From the sequence record SRR31156797_2900: DNA of 48,574 nt. One strand, written 5' to 3'. Shown in pieces: positions 9,210 to 20,698 of this stretch (its first letter is position 1; each line of letters begins with the position of its first letter). The notes under the pieces are model-generated. The model was not told the origin of the DNA. It searched no databases and saw nothing but the letters and a program-made list of their open reading frames with translations. The position numbers and the translations under genes were made by a program.

Positions 9210-11025
9210 TGTTCTGCTCCTCCGCTTTTTCCCCAGCGGCTTTTGCTGCTTCTTCAGCTGCTGCTTTTTCTGCCGCTTCACCATAAAGTCGTGCTTTTGG
9301 TTGAGACTTAGTGATGGTTACCGGGCTGTAATCAATCTGAGGTGCATCGCCATTTTGATAGAATGCTAATGAGTGTTTTAGATAGTTTTCATCATCACGC
9401 TCAGTGCAGCCTTCATCTAGACGCTGGTGGGCACCACGAGACTCTTTACGCAGAATTGCAGAGTGAACCATAGCTTCTGCCACTTCTAAACCGTAACCCA
9501 CTTCAATCGCATAAAGCAGATCAGTGTTAAACACTTTACCTTTATCTTTAATGCTGATTTTCTTGTAGCGTTCTTTTAGCTCTGCAAGTTTAGTCATGGT
9601 ATCTTGCATCAAGTCTTCTTGGCGGTAGATACCACAACCCGCTTCCATGGTGTGACCCATTTCGGTACGGATATCAGCCCAGTTCTCGTCACCTTCTTGA
9701 TTTAGAAGCGCCTGAATGCGTTCTTCAACAGCTTTGACTTGCTCATCAATCGCTTTATCGTTCCAGCCTTTGAACTCTTCAGCGCGTTTCACGGCGTGTT
9801 CACCCGCTACGCGACCGAAGACCACAAACTCAGCCAGAGAGTTAGAACCTAAGCGGTTCGCACCGTGCAGACCCACTGAAGCACATTCACCAACGGCAAA
9901 TAGACCATTAATACGCGTTTCACATTGGCCATTAGTCTCGATACCACCCATGGTGTAGTGAACCGTTGGACGAATTGGAATTGGCTCTTTCGCTGGGTCA
10001 ACGTTGACGTAAGCTTTCGCTAACTCACAGATGAATGGCAGGCGCTCTTGCAGGTACTCTTCACCTAGATGACGTAAGTCCAGATGAACCACATCGCCCA
10101 GAGGATGTTTGATGGTGTTACCTTTCTGCTGCTCGTGCCAGAACGCTTGAGAAACTTTGTCACGCGGACCCAGTTCCATGTATTTGTTTTTCGGCTCACC
10201 CACCGGTGTTTCAGGGCCCATGCCGTAATCTTGTAAATAACGGTAGCCATCTTTATTGACGATAATACCGCCTTCACCACGACAACCTTCGGTCATTAGG
10301 ATACCTGTACCAGGTAAGCCGGTTGGGTGGTATTGAACGAACTCCATGTCACGCAATGGAACACCGTGACGGTAGGCCATGGCCATACCATCGCCCGTTA
10401 CGATACCGCCGTTAGTATTACAGTGGTAAACACGGCCCGCGCCACCTGTTGCTAAAACAACCGATTTAGCCTTGATGAGTACCAATTCGCCTTCAGACAT
10501 GTGAATCGCGACTAAGCCTTGAACTTCGCCATCAACCACTAACAAATCAACCACGAAGTACTCATCGAAGCGTTTGATTTGTGGATATTTGATGGAAGTT
10601 TGGAACAAGGTGTGCAGCATGTGGAAGCCGGTTTTATCGGCCGCAAACCATGTGCGTTCAACCTTCATACCACCAAAGCGGCGAACGTTAACATCGCCGT
10701 TTTCTTTGCGGCTCCAAGGGCAGCCCCACTGTTCCATTTGAATCATTTCGCGAGTGGAGTTCTTTACAAAGTACTCCACTACGTCTTGTTCACATAGCCA
10801 GTCGCCACCACCAACAGTGTCGTTGAAGTGGTTGTCTAAACTATCTTCTTCCTTGATAACAGCTGCTGAGCCGCCTTCGGCTGCAACCGTGTGAGAACGC
10901 ATTGGATAAACTTTAGAGATAAGGGCAACTTCTAGGTTTGGGTTCGCTTCAGCTGCTGCAATTGCAGTACGAAGACCCGCACCACCTGCGCCGATGACTG
11001 CGATATCTGTGGTTATTGTCTGCAC
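9202..11025 (-). CDS. frdA: Fumarate reductase flavoprotein subunit
   Basis: [16 protein letters not shown] (covalent FAD His), [26 protein letters not shown] start at 11025 with GGAGG RBS. Confidence 0.99.
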   Translation of the reverse strand: MQTITTDIAVIGAGGAGLRTAIAAAEANPNLEVALISKVYPMRSHTVAAEGGSAAVIKEEDSLDNHFNDTVGGGDWLCEQDVVEYFVKNSTREMIQMEQWGCPWSRKENGDVNVRRFGGMKVERTWFAADKTGFHMLHTLFQTSIKYPQIKRFDEYFVVDLLVVDGEVQGLVAIHMSEGELVLIKAKSVVLATGGAGRVYHCNTNGGIVTGDGMAMAYRHGVPLRDMEFVQYHPTGLPGTGILMTEGCRGEGGIIVNKDGYRYLQDYGMGPETPVGEPKNKYMELGPRDKVSQAFWHEQQKGNTIKHPLGDVVHLDLRHLGEEYLQERLPFICELAKAYVNVDPAKEPIPIRPTVHYTMGGIETNGQCETRINGLFAVGECASVGLHGANRLGSNSLAEFVVFGRVAGEHAVKRAEEFKGWNDKAIDEQVKAVEERIQALLNQEGDENWADIRTEMGHTMEAGCGIYRQEDLMQDTMTKLAELKERYKKISIKDKGKVFNTDLLYAIEVGYGLEVAEAMVHSAILRKESRGAHQRLDEGCTERDDENYLKHSLAFYQNGDAPQIDYSPVTITKSQPKARLYGEAAEKAAAEEAAKAAGEKAEEQNNG

Positions 11026-11250
11026 AGTTATCCTCCAGTGTAATGTCATATTGGTGATGAGCTATAGTGCTCATTGCTATTTTGTTGATTCTTATTTGGT
11101 TATTCGGTTTAGAAGAAGCGTTGTAAATATCACCGAAATAGCCAGACCACTAAAAGTGGTCACACAAGTGTAGGAGAGGAAGAAAAGGAAAAAATTGATT
11201 CTGTTAGGCTTTTTCTTCGGTAGTGCAAGCATGAGCATACTTATTTCACC

Positions 11251-11272
11251 TTGTGTGAGGAAGGTCACATTC
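11251..11272. promoter_or_regulatory. CRP-binding site in the divergent frdA/epmA intergenic region
   Basis: TTG-TGTGA-GGAAGG-TCACA-TTC, a perfect TGTGA-N6-TCACA core. Confidence 0.7.
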
Positions 11273-11337
11273 AAGCTATTGTTATTCGGGAAGAACAGGT
11301 AAAATTAACGTTATCTATTGTTGTAGTGAAATGTTAA

Positions 11338-12312
11338 ATGAGTAAGTCAAACTGGATGCCGACCGCATCAATTGATCAATTGAAACAACGAGCCAAACTA
11401 CTTGCCGATGTGCGTCAGTTCTTCTCAGAGCGAGATGTGCTGGAAGTGGATACGCCTGCGATGAGTCATGCCACCGTCACCGATATTCATTTGCACACCT
11501 TTCAAACTGACTTTGTTGGCCCAGGGTATGCGGATGGAAGCCGTCTGTATTTGATGACCAGTCCTGAGTTTCACATGAAGCGCTTGCTGGCAGCTGGCAG
11601 TGGTTCTATCTATCAAATCAACAAAGCTTTTCGCAATGAAGAGAATGGCCGTTATCACAATCCAGAGTTTACAATGCTGGAGTGGTACCGAGTGGGGTTT
11701 GACCACCATGATTTGATGGATGAAATGGATGATCTGCTTCAACGGGTTTTGAACGTTGGAGATGCACAACGGATGACTTACCAAAATGCCTTTGTGACGG
11801 TTTTAAATGTCTGTCCATTAGAAGGGACGATGCTTCAGCTTAAGCAAGCCGCTGAAAAACTGGGCCTTAGTGATATTGCTGAGCCAGAAGAAGATAGAGA
11901 TATGCTGCTGCAGCTGTTATTCAGCGTTGGGGTTGAACCTCATATTGGTCAGCAAGTACCGGTATTTGTGTATGACTTTCCAGCATCTCAAGCCGCATTA
12001 GCTAAGATTAACCCGCAAGACTCACGTGTTGCGGATCGATTTGAGGTGTATTTTAAAGGTATTGAGTTGGCGAATGGCTTCCACGAACTGGATAACCCTC
12101 AAGAGCAATTAGCGCGTTTTGAACAAGATAATACGAAACGTCGACAGATGGGACTCACAGAGCAGCCGATTGACTACCATTTGATCTGTGCGTTAGAAGC
12201 GGGCTTACCTGAATGTGCCGGTGTTGCCTTGGGCATTGACCGTCTAATTATGCTGGCGTTAGGTGAAGACCATATTGATAAAGTAACGGCTTTCCCATTT
12301 CCCAGAGCCTAA
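11338..12312 (+). CDS. epmA: EF-P-(R)-beta-lysine ligase EpmA (GenX/PoxA/YjeA)
   Basis: Class II LysRS catalytic-domain paralog: [51 protein letters not shown]. Confidence 0.97.
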   Translation: MSKSNWMPTASIDQLKQRAKLLADVRQFFSERDVLEVDTPAMSHATVTDIHLHTFQTDFVGPGYADGSRLYLMTSPEFHMKRLLAAGSGSIYQINKAFRNEENGRYHNPEFTMLEWYRVGFDHHDLMDEMDDLLQRVLNVGDAQRMTYQNAFVTVLNVCPLEGTMLQLKQAAEKLGLSDIAEPEEDRDMLLQLLFSVGVEPHIGQQVPVFVYDFPASQAALAKINPQDSRVADRFEVYFKGIELANGFHELDNPQEQLARFEQDNTKRRQMGLTEQPIDYHLICALEAGLPECAGVALGIDRLIMLALGEDHIDKVTAFPFPRA

Positions 12313-12460
12313 TAGGTAAAGGCTGATTTAGGCTGAAACCATGACATATGCCAAGGATTATAAGTGGTAACTACTCGCGTCAGGCGGGCAACCTCGTTAT
12401 ACTCCTTGTTTATTTTTGATCCACCCTTTTTTTGAACAAAGGCAGTTAAGAGCGCAGGAT

Positions 12461-12895
12461 ATGCAAGAATACATCGAGTTTTTCCAACAAAATATGATCC
12501 TATCATTAGCATGGGTAGGTATTTTAGTTGCTTTGATTTTCAATATTTTTAAATCAGCAACCTCAGCATATAAAGAAGTAACAGCACCAGAAGTGACTCA
12601 GCTTTTGAATCGCCAGAATGGTGTTGTGGTGGACATTCGTGCGAAAGATGAGTTCAAACGTGGTCACATTACTGACGCAGTTCACATTTTGCCTACTGAT
12701 ATTAAAGCTAATAATCTAGGTACGCTTGAAAGTCATAAATCTGACCCAATCATTGTGGTATGTAAGATGGGACAAACAGCACGTGAGAGTGCGGACTTAC
12801 TTGCAAAAGCTGGTTTTGAGAACGTACACGTACTTAAAAACGGTATTACTGGTTGGAGTGATGCAAAACTTCCTCTAGTACGTGGCAAGAAGTAA
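12461..12895 (+). CDS. yibN: Membrane-anchored rhodanese-like protein (YibN homolog)
   Basis: N-terminal TM helix, VVDIR..DEF..GHI..A, IIVVC, LKNGITGW; lies upstream of secB; start MQEYIEF at 12461. Confidence 0.88.
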   Translation: MQEYIEFFQQNMILSLAWVGILVALIFNIFKSATSAYKEVTAPEVTQLLNRQNGVVVDIRAKDEFKRGHITDAVHILPTDIKANNLGTLESHKSDPIIVVCKMGQTARESADLLAKAGFENVHVLKNGITGWSDAKLPLVRGKK

Positions 12896-12913
12896 ACCCG
12901 ACCACCTAATTGG

Positions 12914-12938
12914 AATGCTGCCTAAAAAGGCAGCATTT
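12914..12938 (+). terminator. Hairpin after the rhodanese gene
   Basis: AATGCTGCCT-AAAA-AGGCAGCATT followed by only a short T tail. Confidence 0.55.
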
Positions 12939-12947
12939 GATTAAAAG

Positions 12948-12969
12948 AGATGTGATGTTTTCCACGTAA
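12948..12969. promoter_or_regulatory. Putative CRP site upstream of secB
   Basis: AGA-TGTGA-TGTTTT-CCACG-TAA. Confidence 0.4.
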
Positions 12970-13059
12970 TGGTATCTCAGCCTCGTGAATCAGAGCTTTC
13001 TCGGTTAGTCTCAAGGCAATTACCTTGACCCGAAATTATCAGTATTAAGGACTTAAATC

Positions 13060-13530
13060 ATGGCTGAAGCAGCACCACAAGAAGCACAACAAAACTTCGC
13101 AATTCAACGTATCTTCCTAAAAGACGTTTCTTTTGAAGCTCCAAACTCACCAACAATGTTCCAAAAAGAGTGGAATCCAGATGTTAAACTGGACCTAGAT
13201 ACTCAAAGCCGTGAGCTAGGTGAAGGTGTTTATGAAGTTGTTCTACGTTTAACGACAACAGTTAAGAACGAAGAAGAGACGGCGTTCCTATGTGAAGTTC
13301 AACAAGGCGGTATCTTCACTGTTGAGAACATGGAAGCGGGTCAGTTAGCTCATTGTCTAGGTGCATTCTGCCCGAACATTCTGTTCCCATACGCACGTGA
13401 AACCATTTCAAGCCTAGTTGTTAAAGGTACGTTCCCTCAACTAAACCTTGCACCAGTAAACTTTGATGCATTGTTTATGAACTACTTGCAACAACAAGCA
13501 GGTGAAGGCGCAGAAAACGCTGACGCTTAA
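13060..13530 (+). CDS. secB: Protein-export chaperone SecB
   Basis: [52 protein letters not shown]. Confidence 0.99.
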   Translation: MAEAAPQEAQQNFAIQRIFLKDVSFEAPNSPTMFQKEWNPDVKLDLDTQSRELGEGVYEVVLRLTTTVKNEEETAFLCEVQQGGIFTVENMEAGQLAHCLGAFCPNILFPYARETISSLVVKGTFPQLNLAPVNFDALFMNYLQQQAGEGAENADA

Positions 13531-13580
13531 TGCGTTAAGTGATTTCGACTATTTAACTACTAGTTGAACTAGTGGTGAAT

Positions 13581-13626
13581 AAATGCACAGCGTATCTAAA
13601 CTTAATCGATGCGATGTGCATTTTTT
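13581..13626 (+). terminator. Putative terminator after secB
   Basis: AAATGCACA..CGTATC....GATGCG..TGTGCATTT imperfect hairpin plus T run. Confidence 0.5.
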
Positions 13627-13707
13627 GTTTTTACCCATGTTAATAATTTATTAAAATTTGGGTGGACACTGATTTAAACACGTTTTGGTTATCCTTTAGG
13701 CGGAACA

Positions 13708-14742
13708 ATGACACAATCACAACTAAAAAATGCCTACGGTAAAGAAGTTACTATGACCGTTATCGGTGCAGGTTCTTACGGTACTTCCCTTGCTATCTCA
13801 TTGGCGCGTAACGGCGCAAATGTAGTACTGTGGGGGCATGAGCCGGAGCATATGGCAAGGTTACAGGCTGATCGTGCAAATCATGAGTTTTTGCCGGGTA
13901 TTGATTTCCCTGAATCGCTGATTGTTGAGTCTGATCTGCAAAAAGCGGTAGAGGCATGCCGCGATCTACTGGTTGTGGTGCCTAGCCATGTTTTTGGTAT
14001 TGTTCTTAAAAGTTTAAAGCCCTACCTGCTGTCAGATACCCGTATCTGTTGGGCGACCAAAGGTTTAGAGCCTGAAACCGGTCGTTTATTGCAAGACGTC
14101 GCGAATGATGTCATTGGTGACAACCACTCTCTTGCGGTTCTTTCTGGGCCGACTTTCGCAAAAGAGTTAGCGATGGGGATGCCAACGGCAATCTCGGTCG
14201 CTTCTCCTGATGAGCAGTTCGTTAAAGATCTTCAAGAGAAAATCCACTGTAATAAGACCTTCCGCGTTTATGCCAATAGCGATTTTATCGGTATGCAGCT
14301 CGGTGGCGCAGTGAAGAACGTTATCGCTATTGGTGCGGGAATGTCTGATGGTATTGGTTTTGGTGCTAATGCCCGTACAGCTTTAATTACCCGCGGTTTA
14401 GCAGAAATGACCCGTTTAGGCACAGCACTAGGCGCAGAAGCGGAAACCTTTATGGGTATGGCGGGTTTAGGCGATTTGGTTCTAACCTGTACTGACAACC
14501 AATCACGTAACCGTCGCTTTGGCTTGGCGTTAGGCCAGGGTAAAGATGTCGATACCGCTCAGACTGAGATCGGTCAAGTGGTAGAAGGTTACCGAAACAC
14601 TCAAGAAGTGTGGGCTCTGGCTCAACGTATTGGGATTGAAATGCCAATCGTTGAACAAATCTTTCAAGTATTGTATCAAGGGAAAGATGCACGCTTAGCC
14701 GCTCAAGATTTACTTGCGCGAGACAAAAAAGCGGAACGTTAA
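13708..14742 (+). CDS. gpsA: NAD(P)H-dependent glycerol-3-phosphate dehydrogenase
   Basis: [48 protein letters not shown]. Confidence 0.99.
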   Translation: MTQSQLKNAYGKEVTMTVIGAGSYGTSLAISLARNGANVVLWGHEPEHMARLQADRANHEFLPGIDFPESLIVESDLQKAVEACRDLLVVVPSHVFGIVLKSLKPYLLSDTRICWATKGLEPETGRLLQDVANDVIGDNHSLAVLSGPTFAKELAMGMPTAISVASPDEQFVKDLQEKIHCNKTFRVYANSDFIGMQLGGAVKNVIAIGAGMSDGIGFGANARTALITRGLAEMTRLGTALGAEAETFMGMAGLGDLVLTCTDNQSRNRRFGLALGQGKDVDTAQTEIGQVVEGYRNTQEVWALAQRIGIEMPIVEQIFQVLYQGKDARLAAQDLLARDKKAER

Positions 14743-14775
14743 CCTGATAGCACAACGTCCGGGATAGATAGACAA

Positions 14776-15597
14776 ATGAAACAGTGCGCAAAAAATAAAG
14801 TTTGGCAAACCATTATTCAAGAAGCTCGTGAGCAGTCAGAGCAAGAGCCGATGCTTGCTAGCTTTTACCACGCGACCATTATTAAGCATGATAGCTTGGC
14901 ATCTGCTTTAAGTTATATTCTTGCCAATAAGCTCAATACCGCATCTATGCCAGCGATGGCGGTACGTGAAGTGATTGAAGAAGCTTTTGCTGCTGATAGT
15001 AGTATTACTGACTCAGCCGCGTGTGATATCTGTGCGACCGTGAATCGTGACCCTGCGGTTGCGATGTATTCCATGCCCTTGTTATACCTTAAGGGCTACC
15101 ATGCACTGCAAGGCTATCGTGTTGCAAACTGGTTGTGGAAACAAGGACGGGTAGCTCTAGCGACCTATTTTCAGAATCAGATATCGGTCACTTGTCAGGT
15201 GGACATTCACCCAGCTGCAAGAGTGGGGAGCGGTATCATGCTTGACCATGCGACGGGTATTGTTATCGGTGAAACGGCCGTTGTCGAAAATGATGTCTCT
15301 ATCCTTCAAGATGTGACGCTGGGTGGTACAGGTAAAGAGTCCGGTGACCGTCACCCGAAAATTCGCGAAGGTGTCATGATTGGCGCTGGCGCGAAAATTC
15401 TTGGCAATATTGAAGTAGGTGAAGGCGCTAAAATCGGTTCTTGTTCGGTTGTGCTTCAAGCTGTACCACCACACACGACCGTTGCGGGTGTACCTGCACG
15501 TATTGTGGGAAGACCGAAGTCGGAAAAACCGTCTTTTGATATGGACCAGCAGTTTAACGGTCGTACGCAAACTTTTATTGGTGGTGATGGTATTTAA
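14776..15597 (+). CDS. cysE: Serine O-acetyltransferase
   Basis: EPMLASF, RDPAV, DIHPAA, DHATGIVIGETA, GDRHPKI; hexapeptide repeats. Confidence 0.99.
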   Translation: MKQCAKNKVWQTIIQEAREQSEQEPMLASFYHATIIKHDSLASALSYILANKLNTASMPAMAVREVIEEAFAADSSITDSAACDICATVNRDPAVAMYSMPLLYLKGYHALQGYRVANWLWKQGRVALATYFQNQISVTCQVDIHPAARVGSGIMLDHATGIVIGETAVVENDVSILQDVTLGGTGKESGDRHPKIREGVMIGAGAKILGNIEVGEGAKIGSCSVVLQAVPPHTTVAGVPARIVGRPKSEKPSFDMDQQFNGRTQTFIGGDGI

Positions 15598-15614
15598 TTT
15601 TTACCCCAAGGATC

Positions 15615-15648
15615 AAAAAAGGGATAGTGCTTGAGCATTATCCCTTTT
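15615..15648. terminator. Bidirectional terminator between cysE and aphA
   Basis: AAAAAAGGGATAGTGC-TTGA-GCATTATCCCTTTT. Confidence 0.85.
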
Positions 15649-15654
15649 CTATTT

Positions 15655-16194
15655 TTAAGCGATAGTTTCTAGTTCAACTAACACTTCTTCAGCCCATTCA
15701 ATCCACGCTTGGCGAAGTAACAGGTTACGACGCAGAGTTAAACGCTCCAAACGCTGCTGCTTATCCAATACTGCTGGGTTCGCGTAGTAAGCCGCTTCAA
15801 TCTCCTGATAATGAGAAACGAGCTTGCGAGACTCTTCAACTAGCTCTGCCAGTTGAGCTTTGAATGGCGCAGCTGCTTGAACGGAACAAGCAACAAGTTT
15901 TGCGCTAAATTCATCGCGAACTGTTGGGTGAGCTGTTGGTTGTTCAAACCATTCACCTAAAGCACTGCGGCCAGAATCTGTAATTGAATAGACTTTTCTG
16001 TCCGGTTTACCTTCTTGCGGCTCTAATACACAGGTAACCAATCCATGTTGGCCCATTTTGTTAAGCTCGCGGTAAACTTGCTGGTGGCTTGCTTTCCAGA
16101 AGTAACCGATACTTGCAGAAAACTCTTTAGTGATGTCGTATCCCGTAGCATCACGTGTGCTGAGAACAGTGAGAATTACGTGTGGTAATGACAT
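15655..16194 (-). CDS. aphA: AphA, PadR-family low-cell-density quorum-sensing master regulator
   Basis: MSLPHVILTVLSTRDATGYDITKEFSASIGYFWKASHQQVYRELNKM is the Vibrio AphA N-terminus; 179 aa; cysE-aphA-ppc synteny. Confidence 0.97.
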   Translation of the reverse strand: MSLPHVILTVLSTRDATGYDITKEFSASIGYFWKASHQQVYRELNKMGQHGLVTCVLEPQEGKPDRKVYSITDSGRSALGEWFEQPTAHPTVRDEFSAKLVACSVQAAAPFKAQLAELVEESRKLVSHYQEIEAAYYANPAVLDKQQRLERLTLRRNLLLRQAWIEWAEEVLVELETIA

Positions 16195-16308
16195 GTCTTT
16201 AATCCAAATTGGTTAAGTAAGTTAAACTCTGCTTGACTATCATTTGTGCTTCTAATGGCACTCATTGTTAGAAAGTTAAGCAAATTCAGCACAATACGTG
16301 CTAATCAT

Positions 16309-16338
16309 GTCACCTTTTAAAGCCGTTTATCACCTAAG
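16309..16338 (-). promoter_or_regulatory. Probable Qrr sRNA pairing site in the long aphA 5' UTR
   Basis: The + strand GTCACCTTTTAAAGCCGTTTATCACCTAAG resembles the conserved Qrr 5' region (..AAGCCG....TCACCTAG.., recalled), so the mRNA is complementary to Qrr. Confidence 0.65.
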
Positions 16339-16460
16339 AAGAGATATGTGTGATCATATCTCGCTGCAATATTTTTGTATTTATGAGGCTATTGCAGAGG
16401 TTCAGTAGTATATCTAAATAATAAGCATAAAGTAGAATACAGTATGGTTTTCCAATAAAA

Positions 16461-16480
16461 AACTGATATTATTCTCAATA
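16461..16480 (-). promoter_or_regulatory. LuxR/HapR/OpaR operator upstream of the aphA promoter
   Basis: Minus strand TATTGAGAATAATATCAGTT fits the LuxR-family TATTGA-N8-TCAATA/TCAGTA box. A candidate -10 TATACT lies at 16407-16412 (minus strand). Confidence 0.75.
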
Positions 16481-16494
16481 GGACATAGATCGCA

Positions 16495-16520
16495 AAATAA
16501 AAGGCCGCAAAATGCGGCCT
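16495..16520 (-). terminator. Terminator of ppc
   Basis: AGGCCGCA-AAA-TGCGGCCT hairpin with an A-rich tract on its left (U tract on the minus strand). Confidence 0.8.
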
Positions 16521-16545
16521 AATTCTAACTTTTCAAAATTAAATT

Positions 16546-19179
16546 TTAGCCAGTGTTGCGCATACCTGCTGCAATACCTGCGATGGTTACCATCAAAGCT
16601 TCTTCCAATTCCGTCTCTGGTGTCTCTAATTGGCGAGTACGATACAGAAGTTCCGCTTGTAGCATATTCAATGGTTCAACATAGATATTACGTAGACGAA
16701 TTGACTCCTGACCCCAAGGATCGCTTTGCATCAGGTTCTCGTTGTTCTCTACATTCAGAACCGTCTTAATGTCCTTTTGTAGCTGCTCACGCAGACGTTG
16801 ACCCAGAGGACGTAGCTTCTCATCAACCAAACGCTCATCGTAGTAACGAGCTAAATCAACACTACACTTGGTGTAAACCATTTCCAGCATACCAAGACGA
16901 GTTGAGAAGAATGGCCACTCACGGCACATCTCTTCAAGCAGAGCTTGATGACCTTTGTCGATAGAGTATTGAATCGCTTCACCCGCACCTAACCACGCTG
17001 GAAGCATCAAGCGGTTTTGACTCCATGAGAAAATCCATGGAATGGCACGCAAGCTTTCAACGCCACCATTCGGGTTACGTTTGGCAGGGCGAGAGCCTAA
17101 TGGCAGTTTACCTAGCTCAAGTTCAGGGGTTGCCTGACGGAAGTAAGGAACGAAATCTGGTTCGCCACGAACAACGTGTCGGTAAGCTTCGCAAGAGACT
17201 TCTGAAAGCGCATCCATTAGATCACGCCACTCTTGTTTTGGCTCTGGTGGTGGCAGAAGGTTTGCTTCAAGGATCGCACTTGCGTACATACTAAAGCTGT
17301 TGACGGCAACCTCAGGCAGACCCAGCTTAAAGCGAATCATCTCACCTTGCTCAGTAACACGTAGTCCGCCTTTCAGGCTCTTAGGTGGCTGAGAAAGCAG
17401 TGCTGCATGTGCCGGAGCACCACCACGACCAATAGTACCGCCGCGACCGTGGAACAGGGTTAAGTCGATGCCTTCGCCTTCGCACGCTTTTACTAAAGCA
17501 TCCATCGCACGGTATTGTGCCCAACCCGCAGACAGCACACCGGCGTCTTTTGCTGAGTCAGAGTAACCGATCATGACCATTTGGTGGTTTTGAATAAAGC
17601 CACGGTATAGGTCGATGCTCATTAACTGCTTAATCACGTCTTCCGCGTTGTTCAAATCTTCCAGTGTTTCGAACAGAGGACATACGTCCATACGGTATGG
17701 GCAACCGGCTTCTTGCAGCAGTAGGTGTACAGCAAGAACATCTGAGGCTGTACGAGCCATAGAGATAACGTATGAACCGAATGCTGCACGAGGTTGTGCT
17801 GCGATGATCTTACACGTATCAAGTACTTCTTTAACTGGCTCTGATGGTTCCCAGTCACGAGGTAGAAGCGGACGTTTAGAGCTTAATTCGTTGGTTAGGA
17901 AGGCAATTTTATCCTGCTCGCTCCACTGGTCGTAATCACCGATACCCAGGTAACGAGTCAGTTCAGAAAGTACGTCTGAGTGACGCGTACTTTCTTGGCG
18001 AATATCCAAGCGAACTAAGTGAACACCGAATGCTTTGATACGGCGTAGCGTATCCAGTAGTGAACCATCAGCAATCACGCCCATGCCACATTCATGCAGC
18101 GATTGATAACAAGCGTAAAGCGGATCCCACAATTGGCTGATGTCTCGCAGCGGCGCTTTTTTCGCAAGTTTCTCGCCATGAACTTTTGCATCTAATACTT
18201 CTAGGGTTTCCTGAAGCAATGAGCGTAACCCTTTAAGAATTGCACGGTATGGTTCATGCTCATCTTCACCGGCCAGTTGGCGTACTTCTTCGCTACACTT
18301 GGTCATTGAAAGTTCGCTAACCAACTCATTAATATCGCCTAGGTATAGGTCCGCCGCTTTCCAGCGAGAGAGTAACAGTACTTCGCGAGTAATGGTGTGA
18401 GTTACGAATGGGTTACCGTCACGGTCACCACCCATCCAAGATGAGAAGTGAACTGGGCGAGCATCCAGAGGGATACCTTCACCAAGGTACTCTTTAGCGT
18501 GTTCATTCATTTCACGCAGGAACTCTGGAACAGCTTGCCATAGAGAATTTTCTACCACAGCGAAGCCCCACTTAGCTTCATCAAGTGGCGTTGGACGCTG
18601 CTTACGAATTACATCAGAGTGCCAGCTTTGCGCGATAAGTTGCTCAAGGCGACGTTCGGTTTTTTGACGTTCTTTAGAAGAAAGCTCAGTAAGCTCAAGC
18701 TTAGATAAACACTCGTTCATCTTAACCAACTTATTGATCATGGTGCGACGCGTGATCTCTGTTGGGTGAGCGGTTAAAACAAGTTCGATATCCAGTTCGC
18801 GAATCGCTTGCGCGGTATCGAGCTTGCTAATTGAGTTTTGACTCAGTTTAGAAAACAGAGCATGCATTGCATCTGGTTCACACACGTTTTCTTCACAGTG
18901 ACGTGAAATCGTATGGTATTGATCAGCAATGTTGGTCAGATTCAAAAATTGGTTAAAAGCACGCGCAACCGGAGTCAGCTGTTCGTTTGGAAGGTTTTTA
19001 ATCTCTTCAATGAGAAGCTCTCGGTCAGCTTGGCTACCTGCCATGGCAGATTTTGAAAGCTTACGGATGGTTTCCACTTTCTCTAGAATAACGTCTCCGT
19101 CAGCGTCTTGGATCGTTTGTCCAAGTAGTCGCCCGAGCATGCTCACGTTACTTTTGAGAGCAGAGTATTGTTCGTTCAT
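16546..19179 (-). CDS. ppc: Phosphoenolpyruvate carboxylase
   Basis: [45 protein letters not shown]-terminal GMRNTG. Start MNEQYS at 19179 (alternative 19185). Confidence 0.99.
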   Translation of the reverse strand: MNEQYSALKSNVSMLGRLLGQTIQDADGDVILEKVETIRKLSKSAMAGSQADRELLIEEIKNLPNEQLTPVARAFNQFLNLTNIADQYHTISRHCEENVCEPDAMHALFSKLSQNSISKLDTAQAIRELDIELVLTAHPTEITRRTMINKLVKMNECLSKLELTELSSKERQKTERRLEQLIAQSWHSDVIRKQRPTPLDEAKWGFAVVENSLWQAVPEFLREMNEHAKEYLGEGIPLDARPVHFSSWMGGDRDGNPFVTHTITREVLLLSRWKAADLYLGDINELVSELSMTKCSEEVRQLAGEDEHEPYRAILKGLRSLLQETLEVLDAKVHGEKLAKKAPLRDISQLWDPLYACYQSLHECGMGVIADGSLLDTLRRIKAFGVHLVRLDIRQESTRHSDVLSELTRYLGIGDYDQWSEQDKIAFLTNELSSKRPLLPRDWEPSEPVKEVLDTCKIIAAQPRAAFGSYVISMARTASDVLAVHLLLQEAGCPYRMDVCPLFETLEDLNNAEDVIKQLMSIDLYRGFIQNHQMVMIGYSDSAKDAGVLSAGWAQYRAMDALVKACEGEGIDLTLFHGRGGTIGRGGAPAHAALLSQPPKSLKGGLRVTEQGEMIRFKLGLPEVAVNSFSMYASAILEANLLPPPEPKQEWRDLMDALSEVSCEAYRHVVRGEPDFVPYFRQATPELELGKLPLGSRPAKRNPNGGVESLRAIPWIFSWSQNRLMLPAWLGAGEAIQYSIDKGHQALLEEMCREWPFFSTRLGMLEMVYTKCSVDLARYYDERLVDEKLRPLGQRLREQLQKDIKTVLNVENNENLMQSDPWGQESIRLRNIYVEPLNMLQAELLYRTRQLETPETELEEALMVTIAGIAAGMRNTG

Positions 19180-19406
19180 TGTCATCCTGCCTTGTAAAAA
19201 AATTACATCCTGTGTTCCTTGTTAGACCGACAATTTAGCTAAGTTTGTACTGTATAGTCAAATGGTGGTCGCAGAAAAGATGCTTAATCTTGGTGCAATT
19301 TATGCACTATAAGATTGCCAATTTGACATAAATTGTTGGAATTTTCTTACAGAATAATAAGACGTGCATCACATCACTTTCTTGAGGCACGTCATATTAG
19401 TGACAG

Positions 19407-20543
19407 TTAAAAACAGTATTTATACATGGCTTTAGACAGAACATTAATGGTTGGATCTATAAACTCAAAAGCGAGGAATTCATCTGGCTGGTGTGCCTGA
19501 TCAATAGAGCCCGGTCCCATGACGAGTGTAGGGCAAAGTTCTTGTAAGAAAGGTGCTTCAGTACAGTAGTTAACAGTTTGCGCTTCCATACCCGCTATTT
19601 CGCTCACGCCTGAGACAAACGGATGACCATGCTCACATTCGTAGCCTGGAATAGGATCATGCAATGGTTCTATTTCGATACGATCAGGCCATTTGTCCTG
19701 AACCTGAGTCAGAGCTCCACGCAACATATTATCTAGGCCGTCCAGACTAATACCTGGCAGAGGGCGTACATCATAGTGAAGTTCACAGCAGCCACAAATA
19801 CGGTTCGGGCTATCGCCTCCATGAATATGACCAAGGTTTAAAGTCGGACTTGGAATCTCGAAACCGGGGTGATTGTATTCTTTCACTAATTTATCGCGCA
19901 GCTGCATCAAAGCGAAAAGCACTTCATGCATGATTTCTATCGCATTAACACCGAGAGCTGGGTTTGAAGAGTGGCCGGATTTACCTGTTACACGAATCGC
20001 ATTGGCAACGTGACCTTTGTGACCGCGAACCGGCACTAAGCTGGTTGGCTCACCAATGATGCAATAATCTGGCTTAAATGGTGTATTTTGCGTAAAGTGG
20101 CGAGCGCCCAACATTGTGGTTTCTTCATCACAGGTGGCCAAAATATACAGAGGCTTCTGTTGTTTAGTCCAATCTACTTTTTTTACGGCTTCTAATATAA
20201 AGGCAAAGAAGCCTTTCATATCGGCGGTACCTAATCCATAAAATCGATTATTCGCTTCAGTCAATGCATGTGGGTTGTAATTCCAACGACCTTCATCGAA
20301 AGGTACGGTATCACTGTGTCCCGAAAGCAGAAGTCCACCTTCGCCTTCTCCCTTTTTCGCAATAAGGTTTTGTTTACCCGGTGCGACATCAACAATTTCG
20401 ACCTGAAAGCCTAAAGCGCAGCACCAGTCCGCCAACTTAGTAATCACTTTTTCATTGCCTTCATCCCAACGACTGTCCGTTGAGCTAATGGATGAGGTTG
20501 AAATCAGGCCTTCATAAACCTCAAGGAAACTTGGCAATTGCAT
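19407..20543 (-). CDS. argE: Acetylornithine deacetylase
   Basis: [35 protein letters not shown] (M20 family); divergent from argC. Confidence 0.97.
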   Translation of the reverse strand: MQLPSFLEVYEGLISTSSISSTDSRWDEGNEKVITKLADWCCALGFQVEIVDVAPGKQNLIAKKGEGEGGLLLSGHSDTVPFDEGRWNYNPHALTEANNRFYGLGTADMKGFFAFILEAVKKVDWTKQQKPLYILATCDEETTMLGARHFTQNTPFKPDYCIIGEPTSLVPVRGHKGHVANAIRVTGKSGHSSNPALGVNAIEIMHEVLFALMQLRDKLVKEYNHPGFEIPSPTLNLGHIHGGDSPNRICGCCELHYDVRPLPGISLDGLDNMLRGALTQVQDKWPDRIEIEPLHDPIPGYECEHGHPFVSGVSEIAGMEAQTVNYCTEAPFLQELCPTLVMGPGSIDQAHQPDEFLAFEFIDPTINVLSKAMYKYCF

Positions 20544-20562
20544 ATTATATTTGCTCCTACTA

Positions 20563-20627
20563 TTGACAGAATTGCGTTGAAACTGTAAAACACATATTAA
20601 ATCACTTTTTGTGAATAAAAAACCAAT
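20563..20627 (+). promoter_or_regulatory. argC sigma70 promoter overlapped by tandem ARG (ArgR) boxes
   Basis: TTGACA(20563)-17 nt-TAAAAC(20586). The 18-mers AACACATATTAAATCACT (20589-20606) and TGTGAATAAAAAACCAAT (20610-20627) are separated by 3 bp, the canonical ARG-box arrangement. Confidence 0.65.
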
Positions 20628-20698
20628 AAAGTAGCGATTTTTAAATATTTATAGTCACTTTTGTTTGCTGCTTTTTTACTCAATTTTGGATGATTTAG

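Noticed and set aside
11092..11274. 60-aa ORF upstream of frdA
   Set aside because: It lies in the promoter region, overlaps the CRP site, and has low-complexity composition with no clear RBS.
12896..13059. No grxC between the rhodanese gene and secB, unlike E. coli
   Set aside because: As I recall this is the usual Vibrio arrangement, and I see no pseudogene remnant.
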